A stretch of DNA of 64,000 nt from a virus. Its lineage: Duplodnaviria > Caudoviricetes. The notes under the pieces are model-generated. The model saw only the letters and a program-made list of their open reading frames with translations, was not told the origin of the DNA and did not search any database. Position 1 is the stretch's first letter. Each line of letters starts with the position of its first letter. Both the position numbers and the translations under genes were made by a program. Where the stretch lies: positions 64,881-128,880 of IMG/VR virus record IMGVR_UViG_3300021379_000005; one strand, written 5' to 3'. This document shows, one piece after another, positions 46,928 through 57,905 of this stretch.

Positions 46928-47368
46928 TTAAGTATTTAATCTAGATTGGGTTTGCATTCTCTCTTTTAGGTAAGTTTGATAGTGAACCCATTCACCATCT
47001 TTGATAAATCCCCATTCTTTCTTCTTACCAAATCGAAAGAACAGTGTCCATGCCGAACCACCTTGAGGAATTTCCAAATAGTGCAGACTTCCTGCCTTTG
47101 AAAATCTCATGTGACCAGGCCCTCTCCAAAACTTACCTTCTGGAGTGTGTTCCCAATAACCACCTTTTAGGATGATGGTAAAATAATCCCATGGATGGTC
47201 ATGAAAAACTGGTTCATCGGATAAAACTATTTTGTGTAGGTAGGCGTTAAATGGAACTTTCCGTCCCTTTGAAAAATTGTCTACCTTATCTCTAAACAAT
47301 AGATGCCAGCGATGCATGTATGGTGTAGTACCATCTCTGTCATAGATAATTCTTTTCCTACCGAACAC
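46928..47368 (-). CDS. Cupin-like protein
   Basis: LHKI..SD..HDHPWDYFTIILKGGYWEH...H. Confidence 0.7.
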   Translation of the reverse strand: MFGRKRIIYDRDGTTPYMHRWHLLFRDKVDNFSKGRKVPFNAYLHKIVLSDEPVFHDHPWDYFTIILKGGYWEHTPEGKFWRGPGHMRFSKAGSLHYLEIPQGGSAWTLFFRFGKKKEWGFIKDGEWVHYQTYLKERMQTQSRLNT

Positions 47369-47432
47369 TTAAGTCTCCAATTCAAATATTATGTTTATAA
47401 TACACTAAACATCATATACTGTCAATATGTTT

Positions 47433-47948
47433 TTATAAAATTCTTTCGTATGCCCATTCTGGTGTGTCTGTTCTACTCTTACCATTTACTACACCATCTG
47501 CACCAAACGATGCAGCCCAACTATTTGGTTTCAACTTTGGTTGAATACCAGTCATACCAAGAACATACCCTGCCGCCTCTGATGCGGCGCAATTAGAACC
47601 GTGTTGGGGATTTGTATTAATATCTAAATGTATTTCAATATCAAACTCATCGATAAAAGGTATAACTTGTGTATATAATTCACATACCTTTCTCACCTCG
47701 TTTAACATTCTCATTTTAGGTCTGTCTTTCTTTAAATCATAATCATCTTCATATGATATATTAGAGAATATCCGACAACCACTGTTTCCATTCATATGGA
47801 CAATACACACTGCAGCGTATCTGGCCTTTTTCTTTCCTTTTTTAGTAAGAAAACGAACACTGTCACACCCTAGATATATCTTTGTTCGATTATCTAGGGT
47901 GGCCAGCAATTCTACCATATTCTCTATCTGTTCAGATGAGAGCATCAT
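47433..47948 (-). CDS. RNase H-like YkuK (DUF458) family protein
   Basis: IYLGCDS, RMLNEV, IEIHLDIN, KPNSWAASFGAD. Confidence 0.8.
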   Translation of the reverse strand: MMLSSEQIENMVELLATLDNRTKIYLGCDSVRFLTKKGKKKARYAAVCIVHMNGNSGCRIFSNISYEDDYDLKKDRPKMRMLNEVRKVCELYTQVIPFIDEFDIEIHLDINTNPQHGSNCAASEAAGYVLGMTGIQPKLKPNSWAASFGADGVVNGKSRTDTPEWAYERIL

Positions 47949-48235
47949 TCAACCTCAACATACAATCCTTCCTCATCGATGCTCATGATTCGTTTCACAA
48001 TCAACGGTTTTTGTTTAGTACCTTCGTGAATCTCATCCCAGTAGATTTTACTACCGATAGCAACATAAGGCCCGCCGCTTGGATCGAACATACCAAGGTC
48101 ACTGTAGTCAATACCCTCTTGACCTTCCTTGCCTCCATATCGCATATACTTCATGCCCTCGTCTGACATATCAAAACGATATAGTTTATCGTCACACTTG
48201 ACATAATTGTATTCTACACCGTATCTATTTTTCAT
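47945..48235 (-). CDS. Hypothetical protein
   Basis: KNRYG...FDPSGGPYV.IG. Confidence 0.65.
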   Translation of the reverse strand: MKNRYGVEYNYVKCDDKLYRFDMSDEGMKYMRYGGKEGQEGIDYSDLGMFDPSGGPYVAIGSKIYWDEIHEGTKQKPLIVKRIMSIDEEGLYVEVE

Positions 48236-48414
48236 AACTAAAGTCCGCTTTCATTGCCTCTATCGCATCACGCAGAACTTTATTGAACCCGATTTCTACT
48301 AGCCATGCTCGGGCTTCTTCGTCAAGTTCTAGTTCTACTTTCCCAGTTTCTTCGTCTACTGATATTACTTCAATGTTCATCACCCAATCTCCCGCTAGTT
48401 TGTGTCTTCTGACA

Positions 48415-49041
48415 TTAGTGTAACACGGCTCTTAAATTAAACGACATTGTTATTCTCTCATCACCATTATGTTCTGCAACCCCATGTTCATAATCGGCAG
48501 GGAAGATTGCAACATAACCGTCTTTTCCACTATACTGAACCTCATTATTAAAATTTGTTGGAGAAGATTCAGTATTTTTTACATATAGAACACCAGATAG
48601 TTGGCCAACATGAGTATGCATCGGATTTACATCGCCAGCATTTGCATAATTAATCCAAACACCCCAATCATAATGATCTTGAGTTCCATAAAAAGAAACT
48701 CTATGGCGTAAAATTTCTAACCTTTCTCCCATACTCTTTTTTAGCAATGGTGGAAATGTTTTTGCAATATACAACTTTCCAAGTGTAATCAAATATGCCT
48801 GTGTAAAAGAAGACTCCTGTAAATGTTTAGGAACACTAATTTGATAGCTGTTTAGTCCAGCATTAACATGTTCTAATAATATACTTAACTCATGATCTTT
48901 AAACTTTCTACAATGTTCAGTCCACTCCAGTAATTCTTGGTGTATCGCAGTTGGAAGTTTACCAACAAAAACTGGAGTATTTTCTAAGAACTGAAAACCT
49001 TCATAGATGTTTAACAGATCCTTTACAGATTGTTGTTTCAT
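48415..49041 (-). CDS. Putative 2OG-Fe(II) oxygenase
   Basis: WINY..G..NPMHTH..LSGVLYV..FP..EHGV..RITMSFN. Confidence 0.8.
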   Translation of the reverse strand: MKQQSVKDLLNIYEGFQFLENTPVFVGKLPTAIHQELLEWTEHCRKFKDHELSILLEHVNAGLNSYQISVPKHLQESSFTQAYLITLGKLYIAKTFPPLLKKSMGERLEILRHRVSFYGTQDHYDWGVWINYANAGDVNPMHTHVGQLSGVLYVKNTESSPTNFNNEVQYSGKDGYVAIFPADYEHGVAEHNGDERITMSFNLRAVLH

Positions 49042-49922
49042 TACATACCGTTTTCTGGATACTTTTCTGGTTCTTGTGTATCTTCATCGACTACAATTGT
49101 ATCTTCATCGACTACAGTTTCTTCAACGATTTCTGTATTAACAATCGCCTCTGGTTGCGGTGCCATTTGCATTCCCTGAGTTCTCATTGCATGAGCGATC
49201 ATTTTTCTAATCCGCCTTTCTTGCAATTTTTGGTTGTTTTCAGCAACTTTTAACGCAAGCCGATGTTTTCTGCGTTTAGTGTTATGCAGGCCATGTTTTT
49301 TTGCCCTTCGTGCAACACCAGCTCTATCTTTTAGTTTATACATTTAATTCTTCTCCAAGTTTTTTAATTCCATTTGCCCAATTTTCTGCAGCATCCTCTA
49401 CATAGTTTATCGATTTTTGCGGAAAATCTTCTGTAAAAAATAACATTCCTTCATTATCGAAATATTTAATAAAATTGATATTTTGTACAAAATCGACATG
49501 CACCTCTGCATATCCTTTTTGATTATCAGCGTAATAGGTAGATATTTTTCGTGTTTTCATTTTTTTCTCCCTGTATAAACTGCACATTGTGCATAAAAAA
49601 AGGGATGCAAGATTTTCTCTACATCCCTTTGTCTTTAATTCTTATTCTTAGTCGTAATCCGATTCATCATATCATTAAATTCATTGGGATCTATTAACTG
49701 ATCTCTATTTTTTTCAAAATGGTTGTCTAATATTTCTATCCTAACTAACTCCATTAGAGTTTCTGCAATCTGTCTTTTTCCTGGCGAACATGAAGTCAAA
49801 TATATTCTCAATTCAGTCTGTGTTGTACAACTCCACAATTCGTCCATTATACCATGATATTTTTTTGGTATGTTATCGACTCTAAATTCCATACTAGTCT
49901 CCTCATTCATATTTATTACCAT
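49041..49922 (-). other. Three hypothetical ORFs (49041-49343 basic, 49336-49587, 49635-49922)
   Basis: ORF track; operon orientation. Confidence 0.6.
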
Positions 49923-50515
49923 TTTGCCCGATAAAATATATGAGAACCAATACGGCCAATGCGATCTTTTTTAGTTGACCAATACGGTTTGACATAGGTG
50001 GCATGATAGTGAGTTGCACCCTCAGTCAATCCACGATATGAACCAAGATAAAAATCTCTTGCAAATTTTCTAGAGCGATCCCATGCAGTGATATCACTTG
50101 GAACATCAGATTTTCCATCACAATACCAAGAGAACTGACATCGATTTCGAACCATTACCAATTTATCTGGATTTTTCCAAGATGGTTTCTTTTCACCTTG
50201 ATAAACAACATCACAGATTGTATCTGGAAAATGTTTATGATTTACTCTGTTCTGAACAACATCACTGACAGCCATTGCATCAGCGAGTGAAACTGCTCTT
50301 GTCTCCCAATATATATTGAGTGCAAGACACTCAATGGACGCAATATCATCAACAGTCATCTCTCGTTTTTCATCCATGTGTGTCGCTGCGGATGCGACTG
50401 AGAGCATACTAACAACTATAAGTCCATTTAATGCAATAACTGCAGTATTTTTAATCTTTCTTCCGTAATGTGTAAGTGCCATGTTGTGTCTCTTCCCATA
50501 ATAAATCATCACCAA
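49916..50515 (-). CDS. Cell wall hydrolase, SleB/Hydrolase_2 family
   Basis: CLALNIYWETR, VVQNRV..FPDTICDVVYQ, CQFSWYCDGK, GATHYHATYVKPYW, IGSHIFY. Confidence 0.92.
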   Translation of the reverse strand: MVMIYYGKRHNMALTHYGRKIKNTAVIALNGLIVVSMLSVASAATHMDEKREMTVDDIASIECLALNIYWETRAVSLADAMAVSDVVQNRVNHKHFPDTICDVVYQGEKKPSWKNPDKLVMVRNRCQFSWYCDGKSDVPSDITAWDRSRKFARDFYLGSYRGLTEGATHYHATYVKPYWSTKKDRIGRIGSHIFYRAKW

Positions 50516-50684
50516 TATCCCAACCCATTTGATTTAGTAATTCAGTAGGTAGGGGCAGCACAAGATTTCCTTCATCGTCTTCTTCTAATTGTACTGTCAT
50601 CAACTGTTCTTCTTTCGCCTGTTCTTCTCTAAGACGCCGGCCCATATAATCCCAATAAGATTCTCGCCTGATATTGTCAACCAT
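50451..50684 (-). CDS. AbrB/MazE-like small protein
   Basis: LVLPLPTELLNQMGWDIGDDLLW. Confidence 0.65.
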   Translation of the reverse strand: MVDNIRRESYWDYMGRRLREEQAKEEQLMTVQLEEDDEGNLVLPLPTELLNQMGWDIGDDLLWEETQHGTYTLRKKD

Positions 50685-51055
50685 TAACTAGGGTCTCCCT
50701 TCTCTACATTTTTATATGGCACAAAATTATTACCATTTAGTATGAGACAACCATATCCATTTGGAAATACCGCAATAATACTATATGTACCTTTCTCTGG
50801 ATTCATTAACCAAAAAGTTTCAACTTGAACCCACTGTCCATTTAATAGTCTTATAGTTGATATAGAACTACCTAGTGGGAGTTCTCCATATTTGTTTTGA
50901 ACCAATTCGAATAGATAATTTGATTCAGTATCACAACCATGCATGGTTACTAATGGCGTTGGTGTTGGCCTCGGTGTTGGTTGAATCTCTTGTCCGTTTG
51001 CAATCCCTGCTGTCATAAAGAGCAGGGGTAACGCTAATACTGCTCTTTTGAACAT
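50684..51055 (-). CDS. Exported hypothetical protein
   Basis: Signal peptide; C..YGE.P...NPEKGTYSII...C. Confidence 0.65.
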   Translation of the reverse strand: MFKRAVLALPLLFMTAGIANGQEIQPTPRPTPTPLVTMHGCDTESNYLFELVQNKYGELPLGSSISTIRLLNGQWVQVETFWLMNPEKGTYSIIAVFPNGYGCLILNGNNFVPYKNVEKGDPS

Positions 51056-51093
51056 CTTGATACCTCTCTGTAGGGGGAATACCCATCTAATAT

Positions 51094-51633
51094 TTATGCG
51101 GCCTCATACTCTTTATATGAAACCACCTCAAGAAGACGGTTTACCAGTTCACGACCATAGTCTGTAAACAAAATACCTTGGTTGTATACCCAATGTTCCA
51201 CATCTTGCGAATGATAAAACTCTTCACTTTGAGTTAACCAACGAAGTGCAGTTTCTTCATCACCAGCACCCATCTCAATTGTATTCTGCACTAGAGATTT
51301 AAACTCGGCAACAGCCTCGGCGTTACGAGCCTTTTCACGCTCAATCTCACGAGCAACTTCTTCAGATAACTCATCGGCCCACTGATTCAGTTCGTCCATG
51401 GTCATGGTGTCCCAATCGTAGCCACGAGGCCGAAAACCATATGCATCTTTATGTGCATCGGAAATATAACTAACTACTTGATACCGCTTATAATCTTCAA
51501 CAGTAAACACGCCCATCTCCGCCCAATGTGCAGGGTCGGTAACAGTGGTAGTATACCACTCTGCACCATTAGCCTGACACTCTGCAACCCACTTGGCATT
51601 TTCGGTTTCGATGTATTGTTGAAGTTCTGTCAT
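51094..51633 (-). CDS. Hypothetical phage early protein
   Basis: SDAHKDAYGFRPRG; GAGDEETALRWL; own sigma70 promoter and AGGAG. Confidence 0.7.
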   Translation of the reverse strand: MTELQQYIETENAKWVAECQANGAEWYTTTVTDPAHWAEMGVFTVEDYKRYQVVSYISDAHKDAYGFRPRGYDWDTMTMDELNQWADELSEEVAREIEREKARNAEAVAEFKSLVQNTIEMGAGDEETALRWLTQSEEFYHSQDVEHWVYNQGILFTDYGRELVNRLLEVVSYKEYEAA

Positions 51634-51642
51634 AACTTTCTC

Positions 51643-53467
51643 CTAGTAATCAATCGGGTCTTCATTATTATCATAACGAATTGGGTCGAAGTTGTCAAGC
51701 ATTTTTTCACTATTTGACGAAAAATAATCTTCCCAATATTCAATGACGTAATCTTCGAAAAGATCTTTATTAAAATGGCTATACTTCTTAGTAATCCATT
51801 CTTGGATATCATCGTATACCATTTCTTCTAGTGTTTTTTCGATGATACTCATCGCACCATTCCTTCTCCGATACCATCAAGATAGATCAGGGACTGTTCT
51901 TCAACCCAAGCATCATATGCTTCTACCTCTACCAATTTTTGATTAAGAAGGTTTTCCAGAGTAGTAAGTGCCATGCGTTTTTCGTCACTTGCACCTTCTT
52001 TAAATGCAATGATTGCATTTTCTAAAACCTCAACTTCTTCAAACATACCAAAAGTCATGTATTAACTCCCACAAAAAAGTTCTAAATTTCCATCATCTGT
52101 CATATCAAAATTTTCAATGAAGATATGATGGGTATCACCAGATTTTTCAACCGCCTCATTGGCAGCACGATATAAATCTAACCAAGTATTTCCTTCAACC
52201 TTAACTTCCAGTCCTTCATAAAGAACATAACGAGTCTTAGCTTTGAGAGGCATCTCTTCATTACAACTATTGATATGGTCGTAAATACTCCAACGAGCAG
52301 TGAAGTCATTTGCATCCTTCACACCATCCCAATATTGCATTTGACGTTCAAAAGGTAATTGACTTAACATTATACAAACTCCACATTATTTTCGAACATG
52401 TCGAAAGCAGATACGAAATCGATCTCCCCACTAGGGAGTTCAACAGTAAATTGAATATCGGGTTGTGAACCGAATTTAACACGGCGGTCAACAACCGTGT
52501 TACCTGAGATTGATGAAGCAGTCCAAACTGCTTCCATGAAAGATTTGAGTTCTGGAGTAACTGTCATAACGAATCCTTTTTTATCAACCTTACATGTATA
52601 ATATAAGGGTTTTCGAACCAAATGTCAAGCTTTTTCTTCAAAAAAGAATCGTTTAAAATCAATGACTTATGATTTTTTTTGATCTTTTTTTCGAAAATCT
52701 TTTTCCCATGGAAGAGGGATTCTTTTCCCTCTTTTTCCCTCTTCAACAACATGAGCACTCATGTATGCAAAGAATACCATGACAATCACTAAGAAAATAG
52801 AGAAAATTGTCTCTAAAATTTCCACAGTTAGATTTCCTCAAATCCAACTGCAGCAACACGGTACTTTGTATTACCCATCAACATCTGGTCACCAACACTG
52901 GTTGAACGCAATCCCATGTGAGTCTGGTGTCGTTCACTCCAATGTAGAGGAGCCATGACAGTAACATCATCATTGTAATCTCCATTTTTTTCGCCTCCAA
53001 GAAACTGTTCTTTGATACTCCAAGAACCCATTACATTATTAGTCCAACGATACGCATACTCAAGCGCTTCTGTACCTGTTCGTTCACCAACTTCTACAAA
53101 CGCTACTGTTTGTGGCGCATCTTCAAAGGCGGTATGTATTACTGCAACTTGCATTATTGTATTTCCTCTTTACGATAAACTTTAACTGCACCATCTTCAT
53201 ACATGACGGTAACTAATTCGTCACCATTTGCATCAGTATGAAGAGATGTTACTTCACCATTTACTGTCCAGTACCCATAATCAGTAATGATAGGGGCACC
53301 GATTTCTAACTCTTGGAACATTACATTCATTATGCTACATCCAATTCTGCATATGTTACTTTGGGGGATTTGCGGATCTTGTGAAAGAACTTCTTTGCCT
53401 GTTCATACGATTCAAATGAATAGACATGAGAGTACTTTCCGTAGATTTTGTATATCACTTTGTACAT
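51643..53467 (-). other. Run of small early genes (51643-51852, 51849-52058, 52062-52370, 52370-52567, 52828-53154, 53330-53467)
   Basis: Minus-strand ORFs; starts of two corrected to the ATG after the RBS. Confidence 0.6.
52580..52635 (-). repeat. Early-promoter cassette copy 1 (TTGACA-17-TATATT plus leader)
   Basis: 56 bp; one mismatch to 53477-53532. Confidence 0.9.
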
Positions 53468-53476
53468 CATCATTCC

Positions 53477-53532
53477 TTTATCAACCTTACATATATAATA
53501 TAAGGGTTTTCGAACCAAATGTCAAGCTTTTT
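53477..53532 (-). repeat. Early-promoter cassette copy 2
   Basis: tttatcaaccttacat(a/g)tataatataagggttttcgaaccaaatgtcaagcttttt. Confidence 0.9.
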
Positions 53533-53546
53533 GAAGAAAAAAGTTC

Positions 53547-53575
53547 AAAAAAAAGTCCTTGAAAAACAAGGACTT
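53547..53575 (-). terminator. Terminator ending the curli/cyclase/IscA transcript
   Basis: AAGTCCTTG-TTTTT-CAAGGACTT-TTTTTT. Confidence 0.75.
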
Positions 53576-53595
53576 ATGATTTTTTTAAAAAAATG

Positions 53596-53931
53596 TTAAA
53601 TATTTACACTAACACCACATCCACAAGAACTCTTTGCTTGTGGATTATCTACCACTAACATACTGCCTGCTAGACTTTCTTGATAGTCAATAGTACTACC
53701 TAATATATACATTAAACTATGACTATCTACTACAAAGACTTTACCATCTGATAATTCTATAATTTCATCTAAGTCTTTTATGGGTTCTTCACTACCAAGT
53801 TTCCAAAAGTATTCAAACCCAGCACACCCACCACCTTGCAGTCCAAACATTATATGAGTTTCATTATTTTTATTTAAAATATTCATTAGATGTTTTTTTG
53901 CACTTTCGGTAATTGATAATACTTTTGTCAT
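53596..53931 (-). CDS. iscA: A-type Fe-S cluster carrier (HesB/IscA family)
   Basis: ITESA, GGGCAGFEY, GSTIDY, NPQAKSSCGCGVS. Confidence 0.93.
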   Translation of the reverse strand: MTKVLSITESAKKHLMNILNKNNETHIMFGLQGGGCAGFEYFWKLGSEEPIKDLDEIIELSDGKVFVVDSHSLMYILGSTIDYQESLAGSMLVVDNPQAKSSCGCGVSVNI

Positions 53932-54227
53932 TTACTCTTCTTTCTTAGTTTTTCTCGCAACAAGTCCATTTCACTACTGGCGACTTTTTTCTCGTTCCTC
54001 TTTTCCACTTCAACAGTGCGTTCCCGCCGTAAGGAATGAATGTATTCTGTTTCAGTGAACCCACTTCTAAGTTCTGCAATTTTTTGTTTGAGTTGTCTTG
54101 TTCTTTCTTCTCGTTCATTTTGTTGTTGCTCTAAAAATTCCGTCCCAATCTTCTGGGAGATCTTGCGTTGACATGTAATCACAACGTTCCATCCACATAT
54201 CGTAATATCCATCCATTTTGCCATCAA
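53928..54227 (-). CDS. Hypothetical charged protein (start and frame uncertain)
   Basis: Fills the gap between cyclase and IscA; overlaps cyclase end. Confidence 0.4.
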   Translation of the reverse strand: MMAKWMDITICGWNVVITCQRKISQKIGTEFLEQQQNEREERTRQLKQKIAELRSGFTETEYIHSLRRERTVEVEKRNEKKVASSEMDLLREKLRKKSK

Positions 54228-56157
54228 ATTGTCCTTTCAATAACTCACACAGTTCTATGGCTTTGTCGAACTGTTTTTTTCTATAAAACTTTAACATATT
54301 TCTATGTACTAATTTATACTTTGACCAATCAGACTTTTCATCATCCAAAACTGTGTATATCGGCAAACCAATACTTTTTCCTTTTACCGCAAGGTCGTCC
54401 AATTTTAAATAAAAGAAATCTTCTTTAGTTCTTCTATATGTTTCTGGGCCGATGATCAACAGTACACCATATGCCTTACACTGTCCCTCTAATCGTGCAG
54501 TAGTAGAAACCGAATCACCAAGAACATCATAACTATATCTTTTAGTCGAACCCATCTCTCCAATATAACCAACACCAGTATTAATACCAGCACCCATACC
54601 AACTGGTGGTCTTCCATCTGCAACAAGTCTATCGTTAAACTTTTCAACCGCCTTTAACATCTCCAATCCTGTTCTTACAGATGTGTGTGCGTGTGATTCA
54701 TCATCAATTGGTGCGTTATGAATATGCATAGACGCATCACCAATATACTTAATTATCATTCCATTATTTTTTAGTACTGGTTCTGTAATGGCATCCATAT
54801 ATCCGTTCATTATTTCCGTTAATCCCTGCACATCATCCCCAAAAGATTCCCCCAACGGAGTAAATCCTCTCAAATCAGAAAAACAGATACTGATATCTCT
54901 TTTCGTACCTTTCTTCACAAGGTCTGGATTTTCTTGTAATATTTTAACCACTGCTGGTGACGCATATCCTTCAAACTGTTTCTTGATAGCCTGTTTTTGT
55001 AAAAATTCATCTAAAAATTTTGCAACATATCTACTAAGTCCAACCAATAGTAATATTGCAGAAATGGTTGCACCATCAATGAGTAGATTCTCTGTTCTAA
55101 ATGCATATATTGATCCACCAACAAATCCTACTATTGATACAACATAAAATCCTAATCCTAGATATGTCCACTTTGATAATAATATGACAAGAAGTCCTGC
55201 AATTACTAATGCGGCAATTTCTCCCCATGCCTTTGCGTCTGGATGTCTTACTATATTAGATTCGTTGAATACGGTTCCTAACATCGCTGCCTGTATTTCG
55301 TGTGGCCACACTCCACCCTTTGCAGTAGAAATTGGTTGTGTGACTCCAGATGCACTAACTCCAACAAATACAACCGCACCGTCAAAACTATCTGGTAAAT
55401 CCATAATACTTGCACTTCTATATCCCTGTGACCAATCAATCCAAACTTCTCCTAATTCATTTGTCTGAATAGGCCCATATTGGGGTATTCTAAGTTTATC
55501 TACCCCCAATGGAGATAACTTAATTTGGAATGATTTGTCACCAGCAAGTACTCTTAATACTTCCATCGTCAAACTAGGGTATAATACACCACCAGATTCA
55601 AAAACTAGTGGAGCCCGTCTTGTAACACCATCAATTTCTGGATAAGTATCAACTATCCCTGAACCAAGTGCATAAGTTTCAAGTAGTTTAATATTAGATG
55701 TGATGCCAGATACACTTGGAATGAGATGCATATACTCAGAATTAATAATTCCAGCGCCAGGGTTAATCGGTTCATTTTTATTCTCCTCTGATCCTATAAT
55801 ACTCAGAATGACTGGATATTCCATCATTACTCTTGATAGAACTTCATCCTTTTCAAATCTATCACTCTCACTCATAAGTACATTAAATACAACTAATCCT
55901 GCACCTCTATCGTACAAATCTTTAATTATATCAGCGTATATGTTTCGTGGAAATGGCCATTGTCCGTATTGATTAATAGTAGCATCATCAATATTAACAG
56001 TATAGATATTATTTTCTTGAATTGGTTGATTTACTATAAGACTATCGAAATATCTAAGTCTTAAACTTTCTAATAAATTTGGATTTGTATAGTATCCATA
56101 AGTACATAAAAGAAGTATGATAATACTCCATATGGGGGATAATAAAAACTTTCTCAT
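54115..56157 (-). CDS. CHASE2-domain class III adenylate/guanylate cyclase
   Basis: VNIDD..GQWPFPR, DGVTRR (CHASE2); 3 TM helices; FSDLRGFT, KYIGDA, GINTG, YDVLGDSVSTTARLEG, VKGK. Confidence 0.93.
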   Translation of the reverse strand: MRKFLLSPIWSIIILLLCTYGYYTNPNLLESLRLRYFDSLIVNQPIQENNIYTVNIDDATINQYGQWPFPRNIYADIIKDLYDRGAGLVVFNVLMSESDRFEKDEVLSRVMMEYPVILSIIGSEENKNEPINPGAGIINSEYMHLIPSVSGITSNIKLLETYALGSGIVDTYPEIDGVTRRAPLVFESGGVLYPSLTMEVLRVLAGDKSFQIKLSPLGVDKLRIPQYGPIQTNELGEVWIDWSQGYRSASIMDLPDSFDGAVVFVGVSASGVTQPISTAKGGVWPHEIQAAMLGTVFNESNIVRHPDAKAWGEIAALVIAGLLVILLSKWTYLGLGFYVVSIVGFVGGSIYAFRTENLLIDGATISAILLLVGLSRYVAKFLDEFLQKQAIKKQFEGYASPAVVKILQENPDLVKKGTKRDISICFSDLRGFTPLGESFGDDVQGLTEIMNGYMDAITEPVLKNNGMIIKYIGDASMHIHNAPIDDESHAHTSVRTGLEMLKAVEKFNDRLVADGRPPVGMGAGINTGVGYIGEMGSTKRYSYDVLGDSVSTTARLEGQCKAYGVLLIIGPETYRRTKEDFFYLKLDDLAVKGKSIGLPIYTVLDDEKSDWSKYKLVHRNMLKFYRKKQFDKAIELCELLKGQFDGKMDGYYDMWMERCDYMSTQDLPEDWDGIFRATTK

Positions 56158-56164
56158 TTTTACC

Positions 56165-56848
56165 TCAATTACTTCCGTTTATAGTTACCGAGCATCCCGC
56201 CGAATTTGTACAATATCCTGTAACACTATAAGAGTCTGGAGATGAAGTTACATTTTGAGTTAAATTTAAGGTATATGCACCACCAGAGTTGGTTAAATCT
56301 ATTGCAGCTGTTGCACTATGACTACCTCTTTGGTCTACATCAACTGTATGTCCATCTCCAGTAAGTACAATATCTGCCCATTTCTGTCCACCATTCCCTC
56401 TTTGATATAGGTCTACTGTGTTACTGTCGCCCTGTATCTCTACAAAACCATCGTGTCCAGCCTTACCCATTTGTATATGTTCTACTGTATTACTGTCGCC
56501 ATTTACTATATTTGCTATGTGATGTGGTGCGCCGCCACCTCCGCCTCTGTTGGTATCTGTTTGGTAACTTGCAACTGTATTTCCATCGCCTGTTACAGTC
56601 CAGTATGCTTCATGTCCGCCTGTTTCATCGCCATCATATGTGTTATCATTGTGAATACCTTGCCGTACAGTAATGTCGTTATTTGGGCCTGTAGAACTTA
56701 GATTAATATAGTTATTTTCACTGCGCTGTTGAATCTCCAAAGTGAGATTGTCTCCACTTTGAGTAATATAGATTTCGTTACTACTGACTTTGGGTGATAT
56801 CGATAGTGTTAGTACCAACACCAAGGCGGTAATCGTATACTGCTTCAT
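56165..56848 (-). CDS. Curlin-like repeat protein (CsgA/CsgB-like)
   Basis: Signal peptide, NEIYITQSGDN, repeated GDxNTVxxxQxG units. Confidence 0.75.
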   Translation of the reverse strand: MKQYTITALVLVLTLSISPKVSSNEIYITQSGDNLTLEIQQRSENNYINLSSTGPNNDITVRQGIHNDNTYDGDETGGHEAYWTVTGDGNTVASYQTDTNRGGGGGAPHHIANIVNGDSNTVEHIQMGKAGHDGFVEIQGDSNTVDLYQRGNGGQKWADIVLTGDGHTVDVDQRGSHSATAAIDLTNSGGAYTLNLTQNVTSSPDSYSVTGYCTNSAGCSVTINGSN

Positions 56849-57905
56849 CTCCCTGCTCCACGTTTATTGTGTATCCGTTTTCTTGGTGCAATTTCAAATC
56901 TAGTCTTTGAGTAACACCAGCATCTTCTCTTATAATTCTCCACATAGGATTAATATCTTCTATGGTGATTCTTGTTGTTTCGTCATAACCATACACTCTT
57001 TCTACGAAAAATTCTTCATTCTGTTTATCTAATTCATCTCTAAATATTTCTGCAAGTGCCAAATTTAACTGATCTAACATGTCGTGTAATAGTTCTTGTA
57101 GATAATAATTAGAATCGTGCAATTCAGTTACCCATATATTTTTAATATCATCAGTTAATGCATCTTGATCTAAATCATCAAATTCTAGAAAGTCTATATC
57201 CAGAAAATCAAACATTTTTCTGGCCTTTTTTGCAATTTCTTGTTCTTCTTCTTCGTATGGTGTCTTTTTTCTTAACATTAATAAATTATTAATATCGCCT
57301 TCAGATATATCTAGTGTAATTGGCGGTAATGGTTTCGACCACATACTTTTTACGATAGTAGATTGAAATGCCTGAGTCATTATAACAAACCCTGTATCAG
57401 TTTCAACCAAAATTTCACCAGTGACACAATAACCATCTATATCACAACTTGGCAGTAATGTAATCATACTGCCACCAATTTCATCAACAACCATAATAAA
57501 ATCAGTACCCCTTACACTAATCTTTGCACTTGGAGTTCTGATGTTAACTCTTTGTCTACTGTTTGTGGCGATTTTACCACTTGCATAACGAATAGTGCCT
57601 AATGTAGCCCTCAATCCAAGAGAACCAGTTCCACTATTGGGGTCATAAACAAAATCATCTATTAATAGTCTGGTATGTTCTGTCAAGTCTACTCTAGTAT
57701 TATCAATGAAATCTATTCGCATCTTACCACGTTCAGTAACTGCGACATCCATAGACTCAACACCTATGCCGTAATCACCAATAATAACATCACTATCTCT
57801 TTCCAGTACTCCACTTCCACTCAGGTCAGTTATAGTCCCTGCAGCACCATATAGGTTATGTGGAAAACATAACACTAAGAGTAATAAGAAGATGTACCTA
57901 AACAT
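56781..57905 (-). CDS. FecR-domain periplasmic protein
   Basis: Signal peptide; IDFIDNTRVDLTEHTRLLIDDFVYDP, GTIRYASG, IRTPSAKISVRGTDF. Confidence 0.88.
   Translation of the reverse strand: MFRYIFLLLLVLCFPHNLYGAAGTITDLSGSGVLERDSDVIIGDYGIGVESMDVAVTERGKMRIDFIDNTRVDLTEHTRLLIDDFVYDPNSGTGSLGLRATLGTIRYASGKIATNSRQRVNIRTPSAKISVRGTDFIMVVDEIGGSMITLLPSCDIDGYCVTGEILVETDTGFVIMTQAFQSTIVKSMWSKPLPPITLDISEGDINNLLMLRKKTPYEEEEQEIAKKARKMFDFLDIDFLEFDDLDQDALTDDIKNIWVTELHDSNYYLQELLHDMLDQLNLALAEIFRDELDKQNEEFFVERVYGYDETTRITIEDINPMWRIIREDAGVTQRLDLKLHQENGYTINVEQGDEAVYDYRLGVGTNTIDITQSQ

Noticed and set aside
52568-53518. Shared N-terminus MVRKPLYYxCKVDK in two ORFs, suggesting paralogs
   Set aside because: It is the translated promoter repeat; the real starts follow the AAGGA RBS
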